Positions 1-10,140 of a stretch of 43,880 nt of DNA are shown here, in pieces. Within the stretch, counting starts at the first letter, position 1. Each line of letters begins with the position of its first letter. The notes beneath the pieces were generated by a model. That model had not been told where the DNA came from, did no database searches, and was given only the letters and a program-made list of their open reading frames with translations. The stretch comes from Burkholderiaceae bacterium (lineage in GTDB: Bacteria > Pseudomonadota > Gammaproteobacteria > Burkholderiales > Burkholderiaceae_C), in contig JBOHHM010000020.1 in NCBI GenBank assembly GCA_050725495.1, positions 1-43,880 of the forward strand. Reading direction: 5' to 3'. The position numbers were made by a program, and so were the translations under genes.

Positions 1-1271
1 ACATCGACCTTCTTCACGTTGTGCGCGATGTTCTTCGCCTCACCGGCGCCGGTGCCGTAACCCTTGATGGTCTTGGCCAGGATCACGGTCGGCTGACCCT
101 CGTGGTTGACCGCCTGGTGGTAGGCCGCATAGACCTTGTAGGGGTCGTGGCCGCCGCGGTTGAGCTTGAAGATCTCCTCGTCGGAGAGGTCCTTGACCAT
201 CTCCAGCAGCTCCGGACGGGCGCCGAAGAAATGCTCGCGGACGAAGGCGCCGTCTTTGGCCTTGTAGTTCTGGTATTCGCCGTCGACCACTTCGTCCATC
301 CGCGCCTGCAGCAGGCCGTGGGTGTCCTTGGCGAACAGCGGGTCCCAGAAGCGGCCCCAGACCACCTTGTTGACGTTCCAGTTGGCGCCGCGGAACGCGC
401 CTTCGAGTTCCTGGATGATCTTGCCGTTGCCGCGCACCGGGCCGTCCAGGCGCTGCAGGTTGCAGTTGATGACGAAGATCAGGTTGTCGAGCTTTTCACG
501 CGCGGACAGGCCGATCGCGCCCAGCGATTCGACTTCGTCCATCTCGCCGTCACCGCAGAACACCCAGACCTTGCGGTTCTCGGTATTGGCAATGCCGCGC
601 GCCTGCAGGTACTTCAGAAAGCGGGCCTGGTAGATGGCCATCAGCGGCCCCAAGCCCATGGACACCGTGGGGAACTGCCAGAACTCGGGCATCAGCTTGG
701 GGTGCGGGTAGCTCGACAGGCCCTTGCCATCGACTTCCTGGCGGAAGTTGAGCAACTGCTCTTCGGTGAGCCGCCCTTCGAGGTAGGCGCGGGCATAGAC
801 GCCGGGCGACACATGGCCTTGGATGAAGAGACAGTCGCCGCCGTGGTTTTCACTCTCGGCATGCCAGAAGTGGTTGAAGCCGGCGCCGAACAAATGCGCC
901 AGCGAGGCGAATGAGCCGATGTGGCCGCCAAGATCGCCACCGTCCGCCGGGTTGTGGCGATTCGCCTTGACCACCATGGCCATCGCGTTCCAGCGCATGT
1001 AGGCGCGCAGGCGCTCCTCAATTTCCAGGTTGCCGGGGCAGCGCTCTTCGCGGTCGGTCTCGATGGTGTTGATGTAGGCGGTAGTGGCCGAGAATGGCTT
1101 GTCGATGCTGTGCTGGCGCGCGTGCTCGAGCAGATGCTCCAGCAGGAAGTGAGCGCGCTCGGGGCCCTCGCTTTCGATCACGGCGGACAAGGCGTCCATC
1201 CATTCACGGGTTTCCTGGCTGTCCGCGTCGTTGGCGGCAGAACCGAACAGGTTGTCGGGGTTGGCTGACAT
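1..1271 (-). CDS. aceE: Pyruvate dehydrogenase E1 component, 5' ~423 codons (continues past window start)
   Basis: Absent from the ORF track because there is no stop in the window. Reverse-strand translation from the ATG at comp(1269..1271) reads [54 protein letters not shown]...[53 protein letters not shown], a ThDP-binding GDG...NCN block typical of AceE. AGGAG lies 7 nt upstream of the ATG. Confidence 0.9.
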   Translation of the reverse strand, partial: MSANPDNLFGSAANDADSQETREWMDALSAVIESEGPERAHFLLEHLLEHARQHSIDKPFSATTAYINTIETDREERCPGNLEIEERLRAYMRWNAMAMVVKANRHNPADGGDLGGHIGSFASLAHLFGAGFNHFWHAESENHGGDCLFIQGHVSPGVYARAYLEGRLTEEQLLNFRQEVDGKGLSSYPHPKLMPEFWQFPTVSMGLGPLMAIYQARFLKYLQARGIANTENRKVWVFCGDGEMDEVESLGAIGLSAREKLDNLIFVINCNLQRLDGPVRGNGKIIQELEGAFRGANWNVNKVVWGRFWDPLFAKDTHGLLQARMDEVVDGEYQNYKAKDGAFVREHFFGARPELLEMVKDLSDEEIFKLNRGGHDPYKVYAAYHQAVNHEGQPTVILAKTIKGYGTGAGEAKNIAHNVKKVD

Positions 1272-1333
1272 GGAGGGTCTCCTGATGGTTGTCACGTAAT
1301 TTAGTACGGTCGCCCTAGTTTCTCACAGTTTTC

Positions 1334-1373
1334 TGAATATTTCAAATAGTGCTTTGTGATTTCATATTATGAA
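1334..1373. promoter_or_regulatory. Two TGAA/TTCA palindromes in the AT-rich aceE / sensor-kinase divergent intergenic region
   Basis: TGAA-tat-TTCA at 1334-1344 and TTCA-tatta-TGAA at 1361-1373 sit in the only AT-rich stretch between the two divergent starts. The binding protein is unknown. Confidence 0.25.
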
Positions 1374-1440
1374 CTGAAAAGACGCATCCCTGCATATCCC
1401 GCAGAGTCATATGTGATGGCGCGTCACCTACACTTCCCTT

Positions 1441-3993
1441 ATGCAGTCAAGCCCCCCGGACACTCCGTCGAGCTCCATCGCCGTCCAGCCCCTGGTCTGG
1501 TGGCGCAGCTGGTGGAAACGCCAGACGCCCACCCGCCAGGACCGCGTGGCCATGCTCGCCCCGCTGGCCTCCGTCGTGCTGTTCCTGGCAGCCATTGCCG
1601 CCGCATTCTGGTACTTGCGGGTCGAGGAACTGGACCGGGAGCAAGAGGCCGTCAAGCGCGACGTCGAATACGCGCAGCAAAGGGTGCGCCTGCGCCTGCT
1701 GGAGCGGCAGGAGCAGCTCATGCGCCTGGCGCGCGATGTCTCCAACAAGGAGATTGATCCCGAGGATTTCATCGGCCGTGCGGAATCACTGGTCAGCCAA
1801 TATCCCGAGCTGCAGGCCGTCACCTGGGTCAACGACCGGCGCCGCGTCGTCGCGAGCCAGGCCTCGCCGAGTGCCGCTGTGGCACAGCAGCGCCAGCCGG
1901 GCGAGACCCTGAGGCTGGGCGACACCGAGAACAGCTACGGGCTGGCCCGCGATCTGCAGCAACCGGTCTATGCGCAGCCTGCGGCAGCCAGTAACCAGCA
2001 GGCCCTGCTGCAGCTGCATATCCCGCTGTCCGACCTGGGCCGGTTTTCGGGGGTGGTGCTCGGTGAATACTCGCTCGATGGACTGCTGCGCTACGGCGTG
2101 CCGACGGAAATCTCGGCCAGGTACGCCGTGGCCCTGCTCGACAGCAACAGCCACTTGCTCGCGGGCACCATGGTCCCGGCGCGCAATCCCGCCACGCGCC
2201 TGCTGCCCTGGGTCGATCCCCCCAATGAATACGAAGTCCCGGTCTCGCCAGTGGGCAACGGCCTGATCATCCGGGCCCAGGCCTACCGCACCTCGCTGGG
2301 CGTGGTCGGAAGCGGCCTGTTCTGGCTGGTCGGCGCCCTGAGCGCGATGACCGCCTGGATGCTGATCGCCACCTGGCGCCACACGCGACGACGCATGCAG
2401 GCGCAGCATGCCCTGGTGGCCGAAACCAATTTCCGCCGCGCCATGGAAAATTCCATGCTGACGGGCATGCGCGCGCTGGACCTGCAGGGCCGCATCACCT
2501 ACGTCAATGCCGCCTTCTGCCAGATGACGGGCTGGAGCGAGGGCGAGCTGGTGGGCCGCACCCCGCCCTTCCCCTACTGGCCCGAATCCGACCGTGAAGC
2601 GCTGGCGGCCCGGCTCGACGATGAGCTCAGCGGGCGCACCACGCCCGGCGGCTTCCAGGTTCACGTCAAGCGCAAGGACGGCAGCCTGTTCGATGCCCGC
2701 ATGTACGTGTCGCCACTGATCGATGCCAAGGGGCAGCAAACCGGCTGGATGACCTCGATGACCGACATCACCGAGCCCAACCGCATCCGAGAGCAGCTGT
2801 CGGCCTCCTACGAGCGCTTCACCACCGTGCTGGAAGCGCTCGACGCCTCGGTGTCCGTGGCCCCGCTGGGCAGCGAGGAGCTGCTGTTTGCCAATAAGCT
2901 GTACCGACTTTGGTTTGATTCGAATACCGCAGGACATCTGCAGCTGGTCGCACAGGCCGGCGTGCCCCGCACACCGCCCAGCGATGACGCGCTGGACGAG
3001 GTCGATCCCTATATGGGTCTGCCGACCGGCCCCCTGACCTCGGCACAGACCGAAAACGCCGAGATCTTCGTTCCCGAACTGGGCAAGTGGCTGGAGGTGC
3101 GCTCGCGCTATCTCAACTGGGTCGACGGACGCCTGGCCCAGATGGTGATCGCCACCGACATCACGCCGCGCCGCCAGGCCGAGGAGCAGGCCGCCACGCA
3201 GGCCGAACGCGCCCAGTCAGCCAGCCGGCTGATCACCATGGGCGAGATGGCCTCCAGCGTGGCGCACGAGTTGAACCAGCCCCTGACCGCCATCAACAAC
3301 TACTGCAACGGCATGGTGTCGCGCATCAAGGGCCAGCAAATCACCGAGGAAGCCCTGCTCGCGGCGCTGGAGAAGACCGCCAAGCAGGCCCAGCGTGCGG
3401 GACAGATCATCCAGCGCATCCGCTCCTTTGTGAAGCGCAGCGAGCCCAACCGCACGCTGTCGGACGTCGCCACCATGGTCGACGAAGCGGTCGAGCTGGT
3501 CGGCATCGAGTTGCGCCGCCGCAATGTGCGGCTCAGCCACTATGTGGCGGCGCGCCTGCCCAAGCTGATGGTCGACCCCATCCTGATCGAGCAGGTGCTG
3601 GTCAACCTCATGAAGAATGCGGCCGAGTCCATAGACCACTCGCACCGGCCCACGGCGCGCCGCCATGTGGAGCTGCGGGTGGTTCCCAAGAGGGTGGGCG
3701 AGCAGCCCGTGATCGAGTTCTCGGTGCTGGACTCGGGCAAGGGCCTGGCGCCGGAGGTCATGGAGCGACTGTACGAGGCCTTCTTCTCCACCAAGGCCGA
3801 GGGCATGGGCATAGGCTTGAACCTGTGCCGCAGCATCGTCGAGTCGCACCAGGGCCGGATGCAGGCCGAGAACCTCTACAATGGAACGGAGGTCACGGGA
3901 TGTCGTTTTTCATTCTGGATTCCGCTTGCCGGATCTGCCAGTGACACTGCCAATTCAGTCGCAAAACCAAAAGACACGGGGATAACCGCATGA
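1441..3993 (+). CDS. PAS-domain sensor histidine kinase (membrane-anchored, large N-terminal sensor region)
   Basis: 850-aa ORF. PAS block MENSMLTGMRALDLQGRITYVNAAFCQMTGWSEGELVGR; H-box MASSVAHELNQPLTAINNY; ATPase boxes LVNLMKNAAESI, DSGKGL, GMGIGLNLCRSIVESHQGRM. Its stop overlaps the start of the next gene (ATGA). Confidence 0.85.
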   Translation: MQSSPPDTPSSSIAVQPLVWWRSWWKRQTPTRQDRVAMLAPLASVVLFLAAIAAAFWYLRVEELDREQEAVKRDVEYAQQRVRLRLLERQEQLMRLARDVSNKEIDPEDFIGRAESLVSQYPELQAVTWVNDRRRVVASQASPSAAVAQQRQPGETLRLGDTENSYGLARDLQQPVYAQPAAASNQQALLQLHIPLSDLGRFSGVVLGEYSLDGLLRYGVPTEISARYAVALLDSNSHLLAGTMVPARNPATRLLPWVDPPNEYEVPVSPVGNGLIIRAQAYRTSLGVVGSGLFWLVGALSAMTAWMLIATWRHTRRRMQAQHALVAETNFRRAMENSMLTGMRALDLQGRITYVNAAFCQMTGWSEGELVGRTPPFPYWPESDREALAARLDDELSGRTTPGGFQVHVKRKDGSLFDARMYVSPLIDAKGQQTGWMTSMTDITEPNRIREQLSASYERFTTVLEALDASVSVAPLGSEELLFANKLYRLWFDSNTAGHLQLVAQAGVPRTPPSDDALDEVDPYMGLPTGPLTSAQTENAEIFVPELGKWLEVRSRYLNWVDGRLAQMVIATDITPRRQAEEQAATQAERAQSASRLITMGEMASSVAHELNQPLTAINNYCNGMVSRIKGQQITEEALLAALEKTAKQAQRAGQIIQRIRSFVKRSEPNRTLSDVATMVDEAVELVGIELRRRNVRLSHYVAARLPKLMVDPILIEQVLVNLMKNAAESIDHSHRPTARRHVELRVVPKRVGEQPVIEFSVLDSGKGLAPEVMERLYEAFFSTKAEGMGIGLNLCRSIVESHQGRMQAENLYNGTEVTGCRFSFWIPLAGSASDTANSVAKPKDTGITA

Positions 3994-4616
3994 GCTTGAT
4001 TCCGAAAAAAGGCACGGTCTATGTCGTGGACGACGACGAAGCCGTCCGCGACTCCCTGCAGTGGCTGCTCGAAGGCAAGGACTACAGGGTACGGTGCTTT
4101 GACTCGGCCGAGTCGTTTCTGAGCCGCTACGACCCGCGCGAAGTGGCCTGTTTGATCGTCGATATCCGCATGGGCGGCATGACCGGGCTGGAGCTGCAAG
4201 ACCGCCTGCTCGAGCGCCGCTCGCCCCTGCCCATCGTGTTCATCACCGGCCATGGCGACGTGCCGATGGCCGTGAACACCATGAAAAAGGGCGCGATGGA
4301 CTTCATCCAGAAGCCGTTCAAGGAAGAGGAACTGGTCGGTCTGGTCGAACGCATGCTGGACCATGCCAAGGGCGCCTTCAGCGAATACCAGCAGGCCGCC
4401 AGCCGCGATGCGCTGATGGGCAAGCTCACCTCGCGCGAAGCCCAGGTGCTCGAACGCATCGTGGCCGGCCGCCTGAACAAGCAGATCGCCGACGACTTGG
4501 GGATCAGCATCAAGACGGTGGAGGCGCACCGCGCCAACATCATGGAAAAACTCAACGCCAACACAGTGGCTGATCTGCTCAAGATCGCCCTGGGACAGAA
4601 CGCCCCGAAGACCTGA
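3990..4616 (+). CDS. Response regulator, REC + LuxR/FixJ-type HTH
   Basis: VYVVDDDEAVRDSL...DIRMGGMTGLELQ (receiver domain) and LTSREAQVLERIVAGRLNKQIADDLGISIKTVEAHRANIMEKL (LuxR HTH). Translationally coupled to the kinase. Confidence 0.9.
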   Translation: MSLIPKKGTVYVVDDDEAVRDSLQWLLEGKDYRVRCFDSAESFLSRYDPREVACLIVDIRMGGMTGLELQDRLLERRSPLPIVFITGHGDVPMAVNTMKKGAMDFIQKPFKEEELVGLVERMLDHAKGAFSEYQQAASRDALMGKLTSREAQVLERIVAGRLNKQIADDLGISIKTVEAHRANIMEKLNANTVADLLKIALGQNAPKT

Positions 4617-4617
4617 C

Positions 4618-4635
4618 GCTACTCAATTTATAGCA
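4618..4635. repeat. GCTA-N10-TAGC motif, copy a
   Basis: GCTACTCAATTTATAGCA, intergenic, just before the terminator hairpin. Confidence 0.5.
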
Positions 4636-4639
4636 GCTC

Positions 4640-4672
4640 ACGCCCGCCTCATCTGGACCAGCGGGCGTTTTT
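4640..4672 (+). terminator. Rho-independent terminator after the response regulator
   Basis: ACGCCCGC (4640-4647) pairs with GCGGGCGT (4661-4668) and is followed by TTTTT. Confidence 0.6.
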
Positions 4673-4689
4673 ACTTCTAACACCAGCCC

Positions 4690-5550
4690 ATGACCGCACA
4701 TCTGATCGACGGAAACGCCCTCTCTCGCCAACTGCGCACCGAAGTCACCCAGCGCGCCGCCGCGCTACGGGCCCAGGGCCACACGCCCGGCCTGGCCGTG
4801 CTGCTGGTCGGCGACAACCCGGCCTCCCAGGTCTATGTGCGCAACAAGGTCAAGGCCTGCCATGAAAGCGGCCTGCACTCGGTGCTGGAGCAGTACCCCG
4901 CCAGCATGAGCGAGGCCGAGCTGCTGGCGCGCGTCGAGGCGCTGAACCACGATGCGTCCATCCACGGCATTCTGGTGCAGCTGCCACTGCCGGCCCATAT
5001 CGACGCGCAGAAGGTGATCGAAGCGATTGCCCCGGCCAAGGACGTGGACGGCTTTCACATCGCCAGCGCCGGCGCGCTGATGACCGGCATGCCCGGCTTC
5101 TGGCCCTGCACGCCCTACGGCTGCTAGAAGAAGCTCGAGAGCTACCGCTACGAGCTGCGCGGCAAGCATGCCGTGGTGATTGGCCGCCGCAACAACGTGG
5201 GCAAGCCCATGGCGCTGATGCTGCTGCAGAAAAACGCCACCGTCACCATCTGCCACAGCGCCACGAAGGACCTCAAGGCCCAGACGCTGCAAGCCGATCT
5301 GATCGTCGCCGCCGTGGGCAAGCGCAACGTGCTGACGGCCGACATGGTCAAGCCCGGCGCCGTGGTGATCGATGTCGGCATGAACCGCAATGACGAAGGC
5401 AAGCTCTGCGGCGATGTGGACTTTGCCGGCGTCAGGGAGGTCGCCAGCCACATCACCCCCGTGCCCGGTGGCGTCGGCCCCATGACCATTACGATGCTGC
5501 TGGTCAACACGCTCGAAGCGGCCGAACGCATGGCCCAGAGCTTGAAGTGA
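4690..5550 (+). pseudogene. folD: Methylenetetrahydrofolate dehydrogenase/cyclohydrolase FolD, interrupted by an in-frame TAG at 5125-5127
   Basis: ORFs 4690..5127 and 5173..5550 are in the same frame and together give a full-length FolD (...[60 protein letters not shown]...[16 protein letters not shown]...). Only the TAG separates them. Confidence 0.8.
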
Positions 5551-5576
5551 TCCCCCCGAGCCCCAAGTCAAACCCC

Positions 5577-7607
5577 ATGAGCAATCCCCTCCTCGACTTC
5601 CAAGACCTGCCCCTGTTCGACCGCATCGAGCCAGCCCATGTGGCGCCGGCCATGGACGCCTTGCTGGCGCAGGCCAACACGGCCCTGGAGACCGTGACCC
5701 AGGCCGATTTCCCGGCGCAGTGGGCGGCCATCGCCCAGGTGCTCGATGTGGCCACCGAGAAACTTGGCCGCGCCTGGGGCGCCGTCAGCCACCTCAACGG
5801 CGTGGCCGACACCCCCGAACTGCGCGCCGCCTACAACGAGGCGCTGCCCAGAGTCACCGAGTTCTGGACCCGGCTGGGGGCCGACGAGCGCCTGTACGCC
5901 AAGTACAAGACGATCGACCCGGCCACGCTCGACGCCGAGCAGCGCCAGGCCCACAAGAACGCGGTGCGCAACTTTGTGCTCTCGGGTGCCGAGCTCACGG
6001 GCACCGCCAAGCAGCGTTTTGCCCAGATCCAGGAGCGCCAGGCCGAGCTCGCCCAGAAGTTCAGCGAAAACGCCCTGGACGCCACCGACGCCTATGCCTA
6101 CTACGCCGGCGCCGACGAGCTCGAGGGCCTGCCCGAGGACGTCCAGCACGCAGCGCTGGCGGCCGCGCAGGCCGAGGGCAAGCCGGGGTACAAGCTCACG
6201 CTCAAGATGCCCTGCTACCTGCCCGTGATGCAGTTCGCGCGCAGCAGCGCTCTGCGCGAAAAGCTGTATAGGGCCTATGCGACGCGCGCGTCGGATCAGG
6301 CCGAGGGCGATGCCGTGAAATTCGACAACTCGGCGCTGATCCGCGAAACGCTGGCGCTGCGGCAGGAAGAGGCGCAGTTGCTGGGCTACAAGAACTTCGG
6401 CGAGGTGTCGGTCGTGCCCAAGATGGCCGAGTCGCCGCAGCAGGTCATCGGCTTTCTGCGTGATCTGGCACGGCGCGCCCGCCCCTATGCCGAGCAAGAC
6501 CTGGCCGACATGCGCGAGTTCGCGGCGCAGCAGCTGGGCCTGGACGACCCCCAGGCCTGGGACTGGCCCTATATCGGCGAAAAGCTCAAGGAAGCGCGCT
6601 ATGCCTTCAGCGAGCAGGAGGTCAAACAGTATTTCACGGCGCCCAAGGTGCTGGCCGGCCTGTTCAAGATCGTCGAGACCCTGTTCGAAGTGGCGATCCG
6701 CCCCGACATGGCCCCGGTCTGGCATCCGGGCGTCGCGTTCTACCGGATCGAACGCGACGGCAAGCTGGTCGGCCAGTTCTACCTCGACCCCGCGGCCCGC
6801 ACCGGCAAGCGCGGCGGCGCCTGGATGGACGATGTGCGTGCGCGCTGGCTGCGGCCCGACAGCGGGCAGCTGCAAACACCGGTGGCGCAGCTGGTCTGCA
6901 ACTTCGCCGAGGGTGTCGATGGCAAACCGCCGCTGCTCACGCACGACGACGTCACCACCCTGTTCCACGAGTTCGGCCACGGCCTGCACCACATGCTGAC
7001 CCAGGTCAACGAGCACGACGTCTCGGGCATCAGCGGTGTGGAATGGGACGCAGTGGAGCTGCCCAGCCAGTTCATGGAGAACTTTTGCTGGGAATGGGAG
7101 GTGCTCAGGCACATGACGGCCCATGTGGACAGCGGCGAGCCGCTGCCGCGCGCGCTGTTCGACAAGATGCTGCAGGCCAGGAACTTCCAGAGCGGCCTGC
7201 AGACCCTGAGACAAATCGAATTCGCGCTGTTCGACATGCTGCTGCACACCGAACACGACCCGGCGCAGGATTTCATGCCCCTGCTCAACCAGGTGCGCGA
7301 GGAGATTGCCGTGGTCCAGCCCCCGGCCTGGAGCCGCACGGCCCACACCTTCAGCCACATCTTTGCAGGCGGCTATGCGGCGGGCTACTACAGCTACAAA
7401 TGGGCCGAGGTGCTGAGTGCCGACGCCTACGCGGCTTTTGAGGAAAGCGCGGCCCAGGGCGGTGTTGCGAATCCCGAAACCGGACGAAAATACCGGCAAG
7501 CCATTCTCGAGACCGGTGGCAGCCGACCCGCGATGGAGTCGTTCAAGGCCTTCCGCGGCCGCGAGCCGAGTCTGGACGCGCTGTTGCGTCACCAGGGCAT
7601 GGCCTGA
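5577..7607 (+). CDS. prlC: Oligopeptidase A (M3 zinc metallopeptidase)
   Basis: 676 aa counted from ATG 5577 (MSNPLLDFQDLPLFDRIEP). HEFGHGLHH zinc motif and M3-family length. The GTG at 5547 in the track overlaps the folD stop and is less likely to be the start. Confidence 0.9.
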   Translation: MSNPLLDFQDLPLFDRIEPAHVAPAMDALLAQANTALETVTQADFPAQWAAIAQVLDVATEKLGRAWGAVSHLNGVADTPELRAAYNEALPRVTEFWTRLGADERLYAKYKTIDPATLDAEQRQAHKNAVRNFVLSGAELTGTAKQRFAQIQERQAELAQKFSENALDATDAYAYYAGADELEGLPEDVQHAALAAAQAEGKPGYKLTLKMPCYLPVMQFARSSALREKLYRAYATRASDQAEGDAVKFDNSALIRETLALRQEEAQLLGYKNFGEVSVVPKMAESPQQVIGFLRDLARRARPYAEQDLADMREFAAQQLGLDDPQAWDWPYIGEKLKEARYAFSEQEVKQYFTAPKVLAGLFKIVETLFEVAIRPDMAPVWHPGVAFYRIERDGKLVGQFYLDPAARTGKRGGAWMDDVRARWLRPDSGQLQTPVAQLVCNFAEGVDGKPPLLTHDDVTTLFHEFGHGLHHMLTQVNEHDVSGISGVEWDAVELPSQFMENFCWEWEVLRHMTAHVDSGEPLPRALFDKMLQARNFQSGLQTLRQIEFALFDMLLHTEHDPAQDFMPLLNQVREEIAVVQPPAWSRTAHTFSHIFAGGYAAGYYSYKWAEVLSADAYAAFEESAAQGGVANPETGRKYRQAILETGGSRPAMESFKAFRGREPSLDALLRHQGMA

Positions 7608-7626
7608 TGCCTGATTGGAGACAACG

Positions 7627-8319
7627 ATGAAGACACAATCCTTGCCGAAGCGCCTGTCATGGCTCGCTGCAGGCGTCGTGCTCGCATTGAGCGGCGCGGG
7701 CCTGCAGGCTCAGCAGATCTATCGCAGTGTCGGCGCCGATGGCCGCGTGACCTTCTCCGACCAGCCCCCGCCGCCGTCTGCCGTGGGCAAGACCACAGCG
7801 GCTGCCGGCGCCCCCTCGGGTGCCAGCGGCGGCCTGGCCAGCTTGCCGTTCGAATTGCGCCAGGTGGCCAGCCGCTACCCGGTGACCCTGTACACCGGCG
7901 CCAACTGCGGGCCCTGCGGTTCGGGCCGCGCTTTCCTGAGCAGCCGGGGCGTTCCGTTCACCGAAAAAACCGTCAGCACCAACGAGGACATCGCGGCCTT
8001 GCAGCGCATCAGCGGCGACAGCTCCCTGCCTTTTGCGACCATTGGCGGCCAGCAGCTCAAGGGCTATTCGGAAACCGAGTGGGCCCAGTTCCTCGACGCC
8101 GCCGGTTACCCCAAGACCTCGCAGCTGCCCGCCAGCTACCGCCAACCGGCGGCCACGCCCCTGGTTGCAGCGCAAAAACCGGACACACCGACAGCCGATG
8201 CGAAGGGCGGCGCGGCCGAAGGCGCAGCCATTGCCACGACCACCAACCGCCGCAGCGGACCGGCGGCATCGGGCTCGGCCCCGGCAGCCAACGACAACCC
8301 GGCCGGCATCCGGTTTTAG
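7627..8319 (+). CDS. Secreted DUF4124-like / glutaredoxin-like (CGPC) protein
   Basis: Signal-peptide-like N-terminus MKTQSLPKRLSWLAAGVVLALSGAGLQA; QIYRSVGADGRVTFSDQPP (DUF4124-like); VTLYTGANCGPCGSGRAFLSSRGVPFTEKTV (thioredoxin-fold CxxC). ATG 7627 is preferred over TTG 7615. Confidence 0.7.
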   Translation: MKTQSLPKRLSWLAAGVVLALSGAGLQAQQIYRSVGADGRVTFSDQPPPPSAVGKTTAAAGAPSGASGGLASLPFELRQVASRYPVTLYTGANCGPCGSGRAFLSSRGVPFTEKTVSTNEDIAALQRISGDSSLPFATIGGQQLKGYSETEWAQFLDAAGYPKTSQLPASYRQPAATPLVAAQKPDTPTADAKGGAAEGAAIATTTNRRSGPAASGSAPAANDNPAGIRF

Positions 8320-8343
8320 ATCGCAGAGGCCGAGGGCTGGCGA

Positions 8344-9024
8344 CTAGAACGTCAGCGTCTTCACTCCGCCAGCCGTGCCCAGCAGACACACGCTGGCCTT
8401 CTGGTGGGCAAACACCCCCACCGTCACGACGCCCGGCCACTGGTTGATCTGGGATTCGAGTGCGAGCGGGTCATGGATCTGCAAGCCGGTCACGTCGACG
8501 ATGTGCTGACCGTTGTCGGTGACCAGGGGCCGGCCATCGCGCAGCCGCACGGCCGCCGTGCCGCCAAGTGCCGCAAACTGCCGCATGATGCGCTGCGTGG
8601 CCATCGGAATCACCTCCACCGGCAGCGGAAACTTGCCCAGCGTCTGCACGAGCTTGGACTCATCGGCAATGCAGACGAACTGGCGCGACAGCGCGGCCAC
8701 GATCTTCTCGCGCGTGAGCGCCGCGCCACCGCCCTTGACCATGTAGCCCTGGCCGTCGATCTCGTCGGCGCCGTCGATGTAGACCGACAGCTCGCTGACC
8801 TCGTTGGCATCGAACACCGGGATGCCCAGCGACTGCAGGCGCTCGGTGCTGGCCACCGAACTCGAGACCGCGCCCTTGATCTGGCTCTTGATCGAAGCCA
8901 GCGCGTCGATGAACTTGTTGACCGTGGAGCCTGTGCCCACGCCGACAATCTCGCCGGGCACCACATACTGGAGCGCGGCCTGGCCGACCAGGGTTTTGAG
9001 TTCGTCTTGGGAGAGTGCTGTCAT
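8344..9024 (-). CDS. rpiA: Ribose-5-phosphate isomerase A
   Basis: 226 aa with [24 protein letters not shown] and [13 protein letters not shown], which are typical RpiA blocks. Confidence 0.9.
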   Translation of the reverse strand: MTALSQDELKTLVGQAALQYVVPGEIVGVGTGSTVNKFIDALASIKSQIKGAVSSSVASTERLQSLGIPVFDANEVSELSVYIDGADEIDGQGYMVKGGGAALTREKIVAALSRQFVCIADESKLVQTLGKFPLPVEVIPMATQRIMRQFAALGGTAAVRLRDGRPLVTDNGQHIVDVTGLQIHDPLALESQINQWPGVVTVGVFAHQKASVCLLGTAGGVKTLTF

Positions 9025-9058
9025 GGGGGAAAATCTCGGGAAGTCACCGAATTATCCA

Positions 9059-10099
9059 ATGTCGCTCATCCCCTACGCCCTCACCCGTCCCTTTTTGTTC
9101 GGCCTGGACCCCGAAACCGCCCACGAACTCACCATGCAGTCCCTGGCACGCACCCAGGGCACGCCGCTGGAGTGGGCCTATTGCGAGGGCATGGTCGATG
9201 ACCCGATCAACCTGGCGGGCCTGAAGTTTCCCAACCGCGTGGGCCTGGCCGCCGGGCTGGACAAGAACGCGCGCTGCATCGACGGCCTGGGTGCCATGGG
9301 CTTTGGCTTCGTCGAGGTCGGCACCGTCACGCCGCTGGCCCAGCCCGGCAACCCCAAGCCGCGCATGTTCCGGCTGCCGCAGGCCAATGCGCTGATCAAC
9401 CGGCTTGGCTTCAACAACGAGGGATTGGAGGCCTTCATCGCCAACGTCAAGCGCTCGTCGTTCCGCAGCAAGGGCCGCATCCTGGGTCTCAATATCGGCA
9501 AGAACGCGAGCACGCCGATCGAGAGCGCGACCAGCGACTACCTCAAGGGCCTGGACGGCGTCTACCCGCATGCCGACTACGTGACCGTCAACATCTCCAG
9601 CCCCAACACCCAAAACCTGCGCGCGCTGCAAAGCGACGAGGCGCTCGATGGCCTGCTGGGCGCACTGGCGCAGCGCCGCGAAGCCCTGGCGCTGCAGCAT
9701 GGCAGGCGCGTGCCCCTGTTCGTGAAAATCGCGCCCGACCTCGACGAAGCCCAGGTCGAGGTGATCGCCGCCACGCTCAAGCGCCACGGCATGGACGGCG
9801 TGGTCGCCACCAACACCACGCTCGCCCGTGACGCGGTGAAGGGCCTGCCGCACGCCGAAGAAGCCGGGGGCTTGAGCGGCGCACCGGTGCTCGAAGCCAG
9901 CAACCGCGTGATCCGCCAACTGCGCGCGGCCCTGGGCCGGGGCTTTCCCATCGTCGGCGTCGGCGGCATTCTGAGCGCTTCAGATGCCGTGAGCAAAATC
10001 CAGGCCGGAGCCGATGTGGTCCAGATCTACACCGGGCTGATCTACAAGGGCCCCGAGCTCGTCAAACAGGCCGCGATGGCGATCAAGAACAGAAGTTAG
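9059..10099 (+). CDS. pyrD: Dihydroorotate dehydrogenase (quinone), class 2
   Basis: From ATG 9059: [23 protein letters not shown]...[26 protein letters not shown]...NISSPNT...GVGGI. The 8804 start in the track would run antisense through rpiA. Confidence 0.9.
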   Translation: MSLIPYALTRPFLFGLDPETAHELTMQSLARTQGTPLEWAYCEGMVDDPINLAGLKFPNRVGLAAGLDKNARCIDGLGAMGFGFVEVGTVTPLAQPGNPKPRMFRLPQANALINRLGFNNEGLEAFIANVKRSSFRSKGRILGLNIGKNASTPIESATSDYLKGLDGVYPHADYVTVNISSPNTQNLRALQSDEALDGLLGALAQRREALALQHGRRVPLFVKIAPDLDEAQVEVIAATLKRHGMDGVVATNTTLARDAVKGLPHAEEAGGLSGAPVLEASNRVIRQLRAALGRGFPIVGVGGILSASDAVSKIQAGADVVQIYTGLIYKGPELVKQAAMAIKNRS

Positions 10100-10120
10100 C
10101 CCTCGTCGATCGGGCGTCGT

Positions 10121-10140
10121 TTGCTATTCTTTTGATAGCA
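10121..10140. repeat. GCTA-N10-TAGC motif, copy b
   Basis: TTGCTATTCTTTTGATAGCA; it encodes the last codons and stop (LLSKE*) of the oxidoreductase on the minus strand. Confidence 0.6.

Noticed and set aside
21-1268. Track ORFs 21..914, 322..633, 692..1021 and 921..1268, which overlap the left edge
   Set aside because: They are antisense or off-frame to a clearly recognisable aceE reading frame that the track misses because it has no stop in the window. Their composition (Arg/Ala/Gly/Val runs) is typical of high-GC shadow ORFs.
5568-7592. Very long antisense or off-frame ORFs throughout the window (for example 5568..7592, 10226..11365, 26569..28278, 30405..31700, 30413..32554, 34150..35670, 36415..38490, 36459..38573)
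   Set aside because: Each fully overlaps a gene with a recognisable product. They are Arg/Gly/Ala/Pro-rich with poor third-position GC bias, which is expected from stop-codon scarcity in GC-rich DNA.
8804-9058. N-terminal extension of pyrD (track start 8804)
   Set aside because: It runs antisense through rpiA. The canonical PyrD N-terminus [14 protein letters not shown] starts at ATG 9059.
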